This document shows, piece by piece, positions 9,604 to 17,912 of a stretch of DNA of 64,000 nt. The first letter of the stretch is position 1. Each line of letters opens with the position of its first letter. The position numbers and the translations under genes were made by a program. The stretch is taken from sequence record MZ475893.1; one strand, given 5' to 3'. The notes below the pieces were generated by a model that was not told the DNA's origin, did no database searches, and saw only the letters and a program-made list of their open reading frames with translations.

Positions 9604-10305
9604 ATGAACACAGTCTACCTGCCGTCTTTGATTGATGCGCTCAACAACTGCCGCTTCTACGCAGCGAACATGATCAACATTCAGTTCAACATGCGTCTTG
9701 AGGCATGTCCTCCTGAGCATCCTGAAGTGCCAGAAGAAGATCATCAATTGCTGGTGGCGCGTATCGCTCAGGAGTTTGATAACGCAGTTAGTCGCACTGA
9801 CCTGCGCTGGGATGCAAAGCCGCTGATTCATCGCTTCCGCGCACTGCACTCTCAGTATCTTACTGCGGTTGGTGGTGAGTTGCAGTTCGACCGAATCCCG
9901 GAACTGTCTTATCCGATTCCGTTCCCGTTCACTGAGAACACACCGCCTGATCAAGAGATCGCACGTCGTCATCTGCGTTACACTGGCGAACAGGTTCGCG
10001 CATATCAGTACATGGTCTGCTTGTCTCGCTACACGCACAAGGAAGAGACGTACTATCTGCCTTCTCCTCCTGATCAGTTTGAGATGCCTGATGTTGATGC
10101 AGCACTGCCTTTCGACAGCGCACAGTCACAGATCGCTGGTATCTTCCTCGAACACTATCAGCGCGTTGAACCTCCTCGCTATCGTGAGCAGGCGCTCCTC
10201 GAAGAAGTGGGTCGTGAGAAAATGCTGCCTATGATTTCTCAGTGTCGTTTCTGGATCTACAAGGCATTCCCTACAGCTATCGAAAAGGTTGAAACAAATG
10301 ACTGA
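9604..10305 (+). CDS. hypothetical protein
   Basis: 233 aa ORF with phage-type codon usage. Confidence 0.75.
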   Translation: MNTVYLPSLIDALNNCRFYAANMINIQFNMRLEACPPEHPEVPEEDHQLLVARIAQEFDNAVSRTDLRWDAKPLIHRFRALHSQYLTAVGGELQFDRIPELSYPIPFPFTENTPPDQEIARRHLRYTGEQVRAYQYMVCLSRYTHKEETYYLPSPPDQFEMPDVDAALPFDSAQSQIAGIFLEHYQRVEPPRYREQALLEEVGREKMLPMISQCRFWIYKAFPTAIEKVETND

Positions 10306-10819
10306 TGTGGTTGTGTTCGACAAGCAAAGTGAGTGGGAAGACTTTGGTAGTGCAGTCTACGAAGAATTCCGACTAAACGTAATGACGGGCAGTAGCAGCG
10401 CATCTCAGATTCCTTCTGTTGTTGCGTCTGAGGATGTGAAGCACGTTCTCAACTATGCCAATAAAGGTCTGGACCAATCGCCTATCGTTGTGCTGGACGT
10501 TCTTATTCGTGAGATTGATCTGGCGGAAGGTGAATCGCGCAACTACGATGCAGACGGTCTGGACAGCGCTGTGCGTAAGATTGTTGACCTGTACAAAGCG
10601 CGTGCTGCTGATCTTGATTGTCACCTGACAGGCAACTTCCTGAACACTGGTCATCAGGTTGATGGTGCGTTGCTGCGTATCTATCGCAACAGCGACTGGT
10701 CATGCAAAGGTCACCCAGAAGTTCTCGTCGGCCCTATTGGTATGTATCACTGTGACAAGTGCGGTGAACTGCAAGTGGCCGGAACATTCCACTCAGTACC
10801 GGAGCAAGCGAATGTCTGA
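10299..10819 (+). CDS. hypothetical protein with C-terminal zinc ribbon
   Basis: MTDVVVF...; C..H and HCDKC near the C-terminus. Confidence 0.75.
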
Positions 10820-11282
10820 TAAAGGCGGTTTGTGGCGTGTCTTCCCTGACTATGACTCGGAAGAGATGATGATCAAACTCAACATGGCTATCGGCGTTGA
10901 CCCTGACGATGATGGCGTGCCTGATGAGTTGCATGTTACTCTGGCTTATGATGAAACTAACCCTGACGTCGAGGCAGAAGTGAATCATCCGGGTGAGTTC
11001 TTTGCGACTGTCACAGGTGTTGAGCTGTTTGGTGAAGGTCAGGATAAGATTCTGGTGCTCGTGCTCGAATCGCCTGACCTGTGTGCAGAGCATGATCGCA
11101 TTCACGCATGTGGTGCTGCCAAGTTCTCTCACTCTCCGTATCGTCCACACGTTACGCTGTTGAAGCGTGCGAAAGACAGCCAGGTTGAATATCTGAATCA
11201 GATCATTCAGCATCCAGGGCGTCCACCAATCACCCTGCGCTTCATCGATGAAGATCGCAAGGTGTTGGACAAGCGTAGTTAA
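10812..11282 (+). CDS. acb1: 2H phosphoesterase, anti-CBASS nuclease Acb1 (T4 57B)-like
   Basis: Two HxT motifs (LHVTLAY, PHVTL) and LVLVLES..L...H....A.GA......Y.PH.TL matching T4 Acb1; start at ATG 10812 with GGAG RBS. Confidence 0.8.
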   Translation: MSDKGGLWRVFPDYDSEEMMIKLNMAIGVDPDDDGVPDELHVTLAYDETNPDVEAEVNHPGEFFATVTGVELFGEGQDKILVLVLESPDLCAEHDRIHACGAAKFSHSPYRPHVTLLKRAKDSQVEYLNQIIQHPGRPPITLRFIDEDRKVLDKRS

Positions 11283-11286
11283 AAAC

Positions 11287-11314
11287 AAGCGGTGGCCAAT
11301 GTGCTGCCGCTTTT
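11287..11314 (+). terminator. intrinsic terminator
   Basis: aagcggtggc-caatgt-gctgccgc-tttt. Confidence 0.6.
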
Positions 11315-11334
11315 GTCATTCTGGAGGAATTTCG

Positions 11335-11658
11335 ATGGAAATGCTCGTAAGCCTTAGCCATGAGTTGCGTGTCGATGAGCAAGACGCACGCACGGCAAAA
11401 GAAGCACAGCCTCAGCAAAATCCTGATCAAGCACGCGCCCTTGAGCTGCAAGAAAAGAAACGCATCGAAGACACTTATGGTGTTGAAGCTACTGATGAAG
11501 AAATCAAACGTGGCGAAGATGCAGAGGCCGAAAAGAAACAAGCAGAGGAAGAGTCTGCCAAGCCTGAGAAGGTTGAGAATCTCGGTCAGTTTAAGCCCCG
11601 TGAAGATCTGACTGCCTCACAGATACAAGATGCGCACGATAAGCCAATCAATCTGTGA
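11335..11658 (+). CDS. acidic hypothetical protein with N-terminal VSLS motif
   Basis: MEMLVSLSHE...; GGAGG RBS. Confidence 0.8.
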   Translation: MEMLVSLSHELRVDEQDARTAKEAQPQQNPDQARALELQEKKRIEDTYGVEATDEEIKRGEDAEAEKKQAEEESAKPEKVENLGQFKPREDLTASQIQDAHDKPINL

Positions 11659-11662
11659 AAAT

Positions 11663-11671
11663 CTGTAAATA
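11663..11671 (+). promoter_or_regulatory. CTGTAAATA motif upstream of sigma factor gene
   Basis: Intergenic copy of the recurring motif. Confidence 0.55.
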
Positions 11672-11691
11672 AGAGTCAAAGCAACTGACAG

Positions 11692-12741
11692 GTGTATTTG
11701 ACCATGAATAACAAGTCTAACCTGACAGGCGGTCAAATCGAAAGCGTCATGGACACGATGCTTCACGACTGCCTGAGGGAGATTGTTGAGAATACGGATA
11801 TATTCGATGTGCAGCTAACGTACCTGTTGGCTCTCATCACGTCGAACAAAAAGCGTAAGCCCTACAACGCTCAAACCCGTGACCGCGCGATCAGCCTTCT
11901 GATTCGTGCGCTTTCAGTTCCTCGTAATCAGAAAATGATCTACATTCAGGAACTGAAAATGGAACGCAACTTTATCTATGTGTTCCTGGAAAATGTAATT
12001 AAGCGGTACTACGTTACTTATGTTGATCTCTATCGCGCATTCATTTGCACGCAAGATGAGGTCAAGCGTAAAGCGTATGCGAATCGCCTGAACGTGTATG
12101 TCAAAATGTTCGGTGCTGATTCCCGCTCCAAACTGTTTGTTGCGCTGTGCCGCTTAAACGATTTAATGCCACAGTTCATGGAATACTTCCATAGTGTTGT
12201 CGGTGACTTCTATCGTCTGAGCAGCAAGCAAACGAAATTTTATATTGATACCAATAAAGGCAAGCTATACGACAGCAAGGACGTGCGTCAAAACTTCCTG
12301 CGCAATATCATTATTGCTATCAATAAGTATGACTCGTCGCGAGGTGCGATAGTCAGCTACGTGAAGTGGTGGATTCTGAATGCTCAAACCTGTAGCAGCT
12401 CCGAGCATGAGTACGGTATTGCTTACACGATACCTCAGACTCAGCGTAAGAAACTCGCAACAGGTGAAGATAACACTTCAATGAATTTCTCGGTTAGTCT
12501 CGATGCTCCAACGTCTGAATCTGATGAAGGGGCGGACGCGTCCTTGCATCAAAAGGTGAGTGACCATCATCACCTTGAAGATCACGTTGACAGCGAAAGA
12601 CGTACTGAAAAACTGAGGCTGCTTATTAAGCGCGTTGACCCCTATGGAGTGGCCCGACTGACTATGGACGTCGGAGAGGAGTTCGATAAATTCGAGCTGG
12701 AAAAAATGCAGCGACATATGCAGCTTCAAGGGCTAGCCTAA
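11692..12741 (+). CDS. phage-encoded sigma70-family RNA polymerase sigma factor
   Basis: Region 2 DVRQN...AINKYDSSRGAIVSYVKWWI; region 3 IPQT..K and SVSLDAP; no clear region 4.2 HTH. Start may be ATG 11704. Confidence 0.8.
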   Translation: MYLTMNNKSNLTGGQIESVMDTMLHDCLREIVENTDIFDVQLTYLLALITSNKKRKPYNAQTRDRAISLLIRALSVPRNQKMIYIQELKMERNFIYVFLENVIKRYYVTYVDLYRAFICTQDEVKRKAYANRLNVYVKMFGADSRSKLFVALCRLNDLMPQFMEYFHSVVGDFYRLSSKQTKFYIDTNKGKLYDSKDVRQNFLRNIIIAINKYDSSRGAIVSYVKWWILNAQTCSSSEHEYGIAYTIPQTQRKKLATGEDNTSMNFSVSLDAPTSESDEGADASLHQKVSDHHHLEDHVDSERRTEKLRLLIKRVDPYGVARLTMDVGEEFDKFELEKMQRHMQLQGLA

Positions 12742-12743
12742 AA

Positions 12744-12751
12744 CTGTAAAC
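12744..12751 (+). promoter_or_regulatory. CTGTAAAC motif upstream of SSB gene
   Basis: Intergenic, 37 nt before ATG 12789. Confidence 0.5.
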
Positions 12752-12788
12752 ATTGCGTAACAGCAAAACTCAATATTGAGGATATACA

Positions 12789-14042
12789 ATGGGACGTGGA
12801 TTTGGTGACATTCAGGACAACAGCAAACGCGATAGCCTTCGCGAGTCCGAAATTTTTGAAATCTTCCCTTTAGCGAAGAAAGCAAACGGCGCGTGGGTAT
12901 CGATTCGTCTGTTGGACCTTGACCTGCTTCCAATCAAGAAGCACTGGATTAAGATCATGGGCGGGAAAGATAAAGATAAGGAAATCAAAATCCCGCGTAT
13001 GTGCGTCAGCTTCGACCCTGACAATCAGAACAAGCCGCTCAAAGGCATGAAGTGTCCGTACTGTGGTATTCAACACGGTAACGATGAGTCGGGCGCACCA
13101 GCGCAGTATGACTACAAGTGGTACGCGCAAGCAATCATCCGTGATGTGCAGGCCGGTGCTCCTCGCAAAATGCCGAGCATGACTAAGAAAGAACAAAAGT
13201 CAGGCAAGAAAGAAATGGGCAGCGAGTCTTGGACTCCTGTGCAGTGTATCGGTCTGTCAAACTCTCTGGCAAGTAAAATCCAGCAGCTGGGTGAGCGTAA
13301 CATTCACACGGTCAAAGATAAGAAAACCGGTAAGAAGTCTAAGCAGGCGTTCCAGGTTAACCATCCGAAGTATGGCTGTGATATTGAAATCAAATACAAC
13401 GCCAAGAAATCTCCGGCTGAACGTTACACCCTCGAACGTGGCGATCATACTCCACTGACGAAAGATGAACAGGCGTATCTGACCTGGGACTTCGACAACT
13501 GGAACGAAATCTACGACCTGCTGGGCCGTCTGGACGAAGATGCTGCTATGGCAGACTTCAAAAAGATGGACGTTCTCGGCGGTGAGTCTCAAGTCGATGG
13601 AGACGACGATGAAGACGAAGACGATGATGACGACATGGCGCTCGGTAAGAAAAAGAAAGGCGCCAAAGGCAAAGCGGACAAGAAAAAGCGCCGCTCAATG
13701 GACGATGATGACGAAGACGACGACGACGAAGACGATGAAGATGATCGTCCGTCAAAATCTAAGAAGTCCAAGTCCAAGTCGAAGTCTCGTGCTCTGTTAG
13801 ACGATGATGAAGACGATGATGACGAAGACGATAAGCCTAAGAAGAAAAAGAAATCTTCTAAGGACAAGTCGTCCAAGTCGTCTAAAGTGAAGTCTAAAAA
13901 GTCTAAGAAGTCAGATGATGACGACGAAGACGACGAAGATGATAAGCCGAAGAAGAAAAAGAAATCCTCTTCGGTGAAGTCGTCGTCTAAGAAAAAGTCT
14001 TCGAAGGACGATGAGCCTAAGAAGAAAAAGAAAAAGAAGTAA
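12789..14042 (+). CDS. ssb: single-stranded DNA-binding protein (T4 gp32-like) with long charged tail
   Basis: IRLL...KHW...C..CPYC...A.IRD...GCDIEIKY gp32-like core; location next to RecA; D/E and K/S block tail. Confidence 0.75.
   Translation: MGRGFGDIQDNSKRDSLRESEIFEIFPLAKKANGAWVSIRLLDLDLLPIKKHWIKIMGGKDKDKEIKIPRMCVSFDPDNQNKPLKGMKCPYCGIQHGNDESGAPAQYDYKWYAQAIIRDVQAGAPRKMPSMTKKEQKSGKKEMGSESWTPVQCIGLSNSLASKIQQLGERNIHTVKDKKTGKKSKQAFQVNHPKYGCDIEIKYNAKKSPAERYTLERGDHTPLTKDEQAYLTWDFDNWNEIYDLLGRLDEDAAMADFKKMDVLGGESQVDGDDDEDEDDDDDMALGKKKKGAKGKADKKKRRSMDDDDEDDDDEDDEDDRPSKSKKSKSKSKSRALLDDDEDDDDEDDKPKKKKKSSKDKSSKSSKVKSKKSKKSDDDDEDDEDDKPKKKKKSSSVKSSSKKKSSKDDEPKKKKKKK
13600..14039 (+). repeat. low-complexity coding repeat (poly-D/E and poly-K/S blocks)
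   Basis: GAC/GAT/GAA and AAG/TCT runs; the DDDEDD..DKPKKKKKSS unit recurs. Confidence 0.85.
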
Positions 14043-14050
14043 AATGAATC

Positions 14051-14078
14051 GGGGTGGCTAGCGCCGCCCCTTTCTTTT
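14051..14078 (+). terminator. intrinsic terminator
   Basis: ggggtggc-tagc-gccgcccc-tttctttt. Confidence 0.75.
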
Positions 14079-14101
14079 CTCCACTCAGGAATTATCTCTC
14101 A

Positions 14102-16603
14102 ATGGCAAAAGAGAAGAAGGCCAAAGCAAGCAAGAAGGCGAAAGCTGTTGCTTCTGATGACATTGGCGGGACCGTAGTAGAACTGTTTAGTCTGGGTAGC
14201 TACATGGACGACGTCCTCGATGCTATCGAAAAGAAGACGAAAGTTAGTTCCGCTGATGCTGCCCGACATGCTCCTCGTATCTCGACCGGTGTGCTTGCTC
14301 TCGACATGTATCTGGATGGTGGTATCGTGCCTGGCGGCTGGTACACGTTCAGCGGCGGTGAGCAATCATGTAAGTCAACCATGACCATGAGTATCATGGC
14401 CTCTCTTATTCGTCTCAAGTACAGCGGCATTAGCGTTGTGTTTGACTACGAAGGTTCTACCGATGCCGACTACGTTGCTGGTCAGCTCAAAACATTCGGC
14501 GTTAAAGTCGATCCGAAAACTATCTTCGGTGTGCGTGATGAAGAAGGCGGCTGGATCATCAAGCCTACCATTCGCTACTACGCGCCTGACAACGGTGAGC
14601 GCTTCTTCGATTATATGTCGATGCTGCGTCGTCGCCTGCCTGACAAGATCGTTGAGAAAGACGGTTCAGCTTACTACCTCTTCGAGAACACCAAAGAGAA
14701 CTCGAAGAAGCTGGCAGGCAAGTACGATAAGAAGTGGTTCAGTCGTAACAACCAGTTCAAAGTTCCTGCGCCAGATGGCCACATGCAGGCTGCTGTTATC
14801 GTTGACTCATATCCGGCAATGCTGCCTGATCAGGTCGATGACGACGACGGTTCAAAAGCAATGGCTCTGCAAGCGCGTATGTTCTCCGATGGCATCAAAC
14901 GTTTCCGTGGCGGTATGCGCCGTAAGATGATGACTATCGTGGGCGTTAACCAGTTGCGCCAGAAGCCTGCTGTAATGTTCGGCAGCCCTGAATATGAGCC
15001 GGGCGGGGACGCTCTCAAGTTCTATTGCTTCGCTGATGACACGCGCATTCGTACCGACCACGGTGTGTTGACTGCGCCTAAGATTAAAGCGTTGCTGGAC
15101 GAAGGCAAAGAAGTTTGCGTTGAATCGTTCGAAGGCTTCCAGAAGATTAACGGCGCGTGGAAAGTTGAAGACGCTCCTTATCCGATCGAAGTCAATGCTG
15201 GTGGCCATGTGTATGTCGGCAGTGCTGAGCATCGCCAGTTCACCTTCATGCATGACACAACCGCAGAAGGTATGCGTGTACTTCGTCCTGAGTGGAACAC
15301 GCTTAGCCAGCTGGCGCAGTACCCTTCTGCGGAAGGTCAGTATGCTGCGATTCGTCTTGCGTCCGTCGAAGAACTCAAGCAGAACACGCCTGATCAATTC
15401 GATACATCAAGCAAGAACATCGAGCTGGTGCTGTCTAACTGTGGTCCTGAGAAGCGTGATATTAATATCCTCTCTCATGACGGCACAACGTACACAATGC
15501 CTGCTGTGCTGATCGACGCCGTTGGTCCTTACGATCACGTTGAAGACTTCGCGCATTACATTCAGGACTTCCTGAACATCGGTATCTATGCGTATGCAGA
15601 CAACTCCGGTATCTGGATTCCTGGTCTGGTTGAAGCTGACCTGCACAATGCTGTTGCACGCGATGCAGACTCTGGTTATCAGGGCGTTGACTTCTACGCT
15701 ACCTCACGTCAGATCAGCTACCAGATGATGGCAGTTATCTCTGATGTGTTCCCAGAGCTGACCCGCTTTGTTCTGGACTTCAACGCGAATCACGCGGAAG
15801 AGCAGGAAGAGCAAGTTTATCTGGCGCCTGGCTTTGATATTGCCGAAGCTATGGATGGCATTCTGCACAAAGAGATCAGTGGCTACGATGACCAGTACGA
15901 TCTGCTGATGCAGCAACTGGCCTACGTTGAAGACTGGTTCAGTGTTGATGACCGTCTGCTGCCTGTACCGTTCACGCTGCGTGCGCTTGACAAGCAAGTT
16001 GAGTTCTGGGATGTTAACGTCGATGAGACTTCCGTCGTTATTACCAACAACTTCGTTAGTCATAACAGTGACGTTCGCGTTCGTCTGGCTTCTCGTGCTG
16101 TGCCTGAAGGCTGGCCGAAACTTAAAGACGCGCCTGGCGTTGTCGGTGAGAAGTCTGTTTCTGTTGAAGGCGGTACTGACCGCTATCGCTTCATTGCAGC
16201 CAAGACCATCAAGAACAAGATGGGTGGTATTCCTAACCAGCAGACGTGGTTACGCCTGTGGGAAGCTGACGGTAATGGTGAAGCACGCGGCTTTGACCCG
16301 GTGTTCGATACATGGCACTATGTCAAAACTCTCGGCCTCGTCAACGGTACGCGCAAGTCATTCAAACTGAAAGCGCCGTGCCCTGTAGCATCCGAAGTTA
16401 AGATGGATTGGGATGACTTCCGTACGCTGATCAACGGTAACAAAGAACAGATTGTTAGCGTGTGCAAAAAGCTGAAAGTCAAACCTGTATCTCTGCGTCT
16501 GTGGGCGTTCAAGTTCGTGCAGTCCCAGAAAGGCAAAGATATGTTGAAAGCGTCGATCAGTAAGTCCGTCAAGAACGTTAACGACGACGAAGACGACGAT
16601 TAA
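14102..16603 (+). CDS. uvsX: RecA/UvsX recombinase interrupted by an intein
   Basis: ISTG..ALD...GG, Walker A GGEQSCKST, Walker B VIVDS, QARMFS, NQLRQK..MFGSPE..PGG.ALKFY; start ATG 14102 with AGGA RBS. Confidence 0.93.
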   Translation: MAKEKKAKASKKAKAVASDDIGGTVVELFSLGSYMDDVLDAIEKKTKVSSADAARHAPRISTGVLALDMYLDGGIVPGGWYTFSGGEQSCKSTMTMSIMASLIRLKYSGISVVFDYEGSTDADYVAGQLKTFGVKVDPKTIFGVRDEEGGWIIKPTIRYYAPDNGERFFDYMSMLRRRLPDKIVEKDGSAYYLFENTKENSKKLAGKYDKKWFSRNNQFKVPAPDGHMQAAVIVDSYPAMLPDQVDDDDGSKAMALQARMFSDGIKRFRGGMRRKMMTIVGVNQLRQKPAVMFGSPEYEPGGDALKFYCFADDTRIRTDHGVLTAPKIKALLDEGKEVCVESFEGFQKINGAWKVEDAPYPIEVNAGGHVYVGSAEHRQFTFMHDTTAEGMRVLRPEWNTLSQLAQYPSAEGQYAAIRLASVEELKQNTPDQFDTSSKNIELVLSNCGPEKRDINILSHDGTTYTMPAVLIDAVGPYDHVEDFAHYIQDFLNIGIYAYADNSGIWIPGLVEADLHNAVARDADSGYQGVDFYATSRQISYQMMAVISDVFPELTRFVLDFNANHAEEQEEQVYLAPGFDIAEAMDGILHKEISGYDDQYDLLMQQLAYVEDWFSVDDRLLPVPFTLRALDKQVEFWDVNVDETSVVITNNFVSHNSDVRVRLASRAVPEGWPKLKDAPGVVGEKSVSVEGGTDRYRFIAAKTIKNKMGGIPNQQTWLRLWEADGNGEARGFDPVFDTWHYVKTLGLVNGTRKSFKLKAPCPVASEVKMDWDDFRTLINGNKEQIVSVCKKLKVKPVSLRLWAFKFVQSQKGKDMLKASISKSVKNVNDDEDDD
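15026..16066 (+). mobile_element. intein (347 aa) with degenerate LAGLIDADG-like region
   Basis: Begins CFADDTRIRT, block B SAEH, ends VITNNFVSHN followed by +1 Ser; removal restores KFY|SDVR. Confidence 0.9.
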
Positions 16604-16610
16604 TTAACTC

Positions 16611-16628
16611 GCGGTCCTTCGGGGCCGC
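16611..16628 (+). terminator. UUCG-tetraloop hairpin
   Basis: gcggtcc-ttcg-gggccgc after the recA stop; no U-tract. Confidence 0.5.
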
Positions 16629-16647
16629 CCACTATCTGGAGAAAGAG

Positions 16648-17031
16648 ATGCGTACTCTGATTCATACCGCAGACGTAACCAATCTGTCTGTGCTGGAACT
16701 GGAAGAAGGCTCTGTAGCAAAGCCTGTTACTCCAAATCTGATTTCTGATCTCAAAGAGCTGCTGTCACGCGAAGACCTGAGTCAGAACATTCGCCACGTT
16801 GTGTTCATCTCTGCTGATCAGGTCGGCGTATTCACCGAAGCTGAGATGATCAACTACTTCGACCCAATCGAGCAGGTGTCTGAAATCAACGCAGGCAATA
16901 TCGGTACTGTGCTGGCTATGCAGGTTATTCGTGTCGATGACAAGACTAATCTGATCGCAGTGGCTGGTGTCACTGATGTGGAAGAAGGCGTTACTATCAA
17001 CGAGTTCAACGCATCGCCTGTAAATCTGTAA
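16648..17031 (+). CDS. hypothetical protein
   Basis: 127 aa, GGAG RBS. Confidence 0.8.
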   Translation: MRTLIHTADVTNLSVLELEEGSVAKPVTPNLISDLKELLSREDLSQNIRHVVFISADQVGVFTEAEMINYFDPIEQVSEINAGNIGTVLAMQVIRVDDKTNLIAVAGVTDVEEGVTINEFNASPVNL

Positions 17032-17034
17032 ATA
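17018..17034 (+). promoter_or_regulatory. tandem CTGTAAAT-CTGTAAATA motif
   Basis: Two adjacent copies at a gene end. Confidence 0.55.
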
Positions 17035-17101
17035 AAACAAGTGAGGGCAATCGTGTCCTCACTTAACTCACTCTGATAGGGCATTGACCCAGGAGATAAA
17101 C

Positions 17102-17824
17102 ATGACAATCAAATTTGTCGAAGTACCGAACATTAGTATGTTCGAGGGTCTGGTGCATGGCGCCAACCGACACGCACAAAACGCCAACATCGGCGGCAAG
17201 GCTCGTTACGCATTCTACGTGGATGTGACAGAAGCTGCGGCAGAAGCTGCACTGTATTCAATGTTGCGCAAGAAGGCACACGCAGATGTTAGAGCTGTGG
17301 GCTACTCTGTTTCTCATACTGTGAGAGGTATGACTCAACCCAAAGAGATTCCTGTTTTCTTGTCGGACAATTTGTCTCACATAGCATTGGATTCTTTGAA
17401 ACAAAATTTATGTGAGTTGCTTCGTGCGCTGTGTCGTTCAGCCGCCAGCTCGGATAGCAATATCATTCTGTACTACCAAAAGGACATGGCTTTCATCAAA
17501 AGCAAAATGTTCGATTGGGTTCTTGAAGGCAAACTGAGCAGACCTTCAAAAGTAAACAGCGAACTATATGTTCGTTCCTCAAACATTGATCTTAACGTCC
17601 TTCTTAATATCGTTAGAGATCACGATTATATCGGACACTTTGCATCTAACATACCACAAGAGATTACAATAGGCTCTGATGCGAGTGCCATAGATGCGGT
17701 CAAGTTATGTGACACCGCCGACGTACTGGCTGCTCAAGGCCGCAAAGTGCATCTGTGCAATGACATTTACCGCAAAGCGTTGTCTATCTCCTTTGCAGAC
17801 GGTATTCCGCGTAATCAACTGTAA
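17102..17824 (+). CDS. hypothetical protein
   Basis: AGGAG RBS before ATG 17102; atypical AT-richer codon usage. Confidence 0.75.
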   Translation: MTIKFVEVPNISMFEGLVHGANRHAQNANIGGKARYAFYVDVTEAAAEAALYSMLRKKAHADVRAVGYSVSHTVRGMTQPKEIPVFLSDNLSHIALDSLKQNLCELLRALCRSAASSDSNIILYYQKDMAFIKSKMFDWVLEGKLSRPSKVNSELYVRSSNIDLNVLLNIVRDHDYIGHFASNIPQEITIGSDASAIDAVKLCDTADVLAAQGRKVHLCNDIYRKALSISFADGIPRNQL

Positions 17825-17868
17825 ACCAAACACATTGCTGTGTGTAGTCTTTGGCCAAACTTAGGCTC

Positions 17869-17895
17869 GGGAGTCCAGGACGGGCTCCCATTTTT
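17869..17895 (+). terminator. intrinsic terminator
   Basis: gggagtcc-aggac-gggctccc-attttt. Confidence 0.7.
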
Positions 17896-17912
17896 ATTTC
17901 GGAGACAGAACA

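Noticed and set aside
13600-14040. Repetitive DNA as a possible CRISPR array or VNTR
   Set aside because: Repeats are in-frame codon runs encoding the SSB tail; there is no repeat-spacer periodicity.
14054-14101. RecA start at 14054
   Set aside because: It runs through the upstream terminator; ATG 14102 has an RBS.
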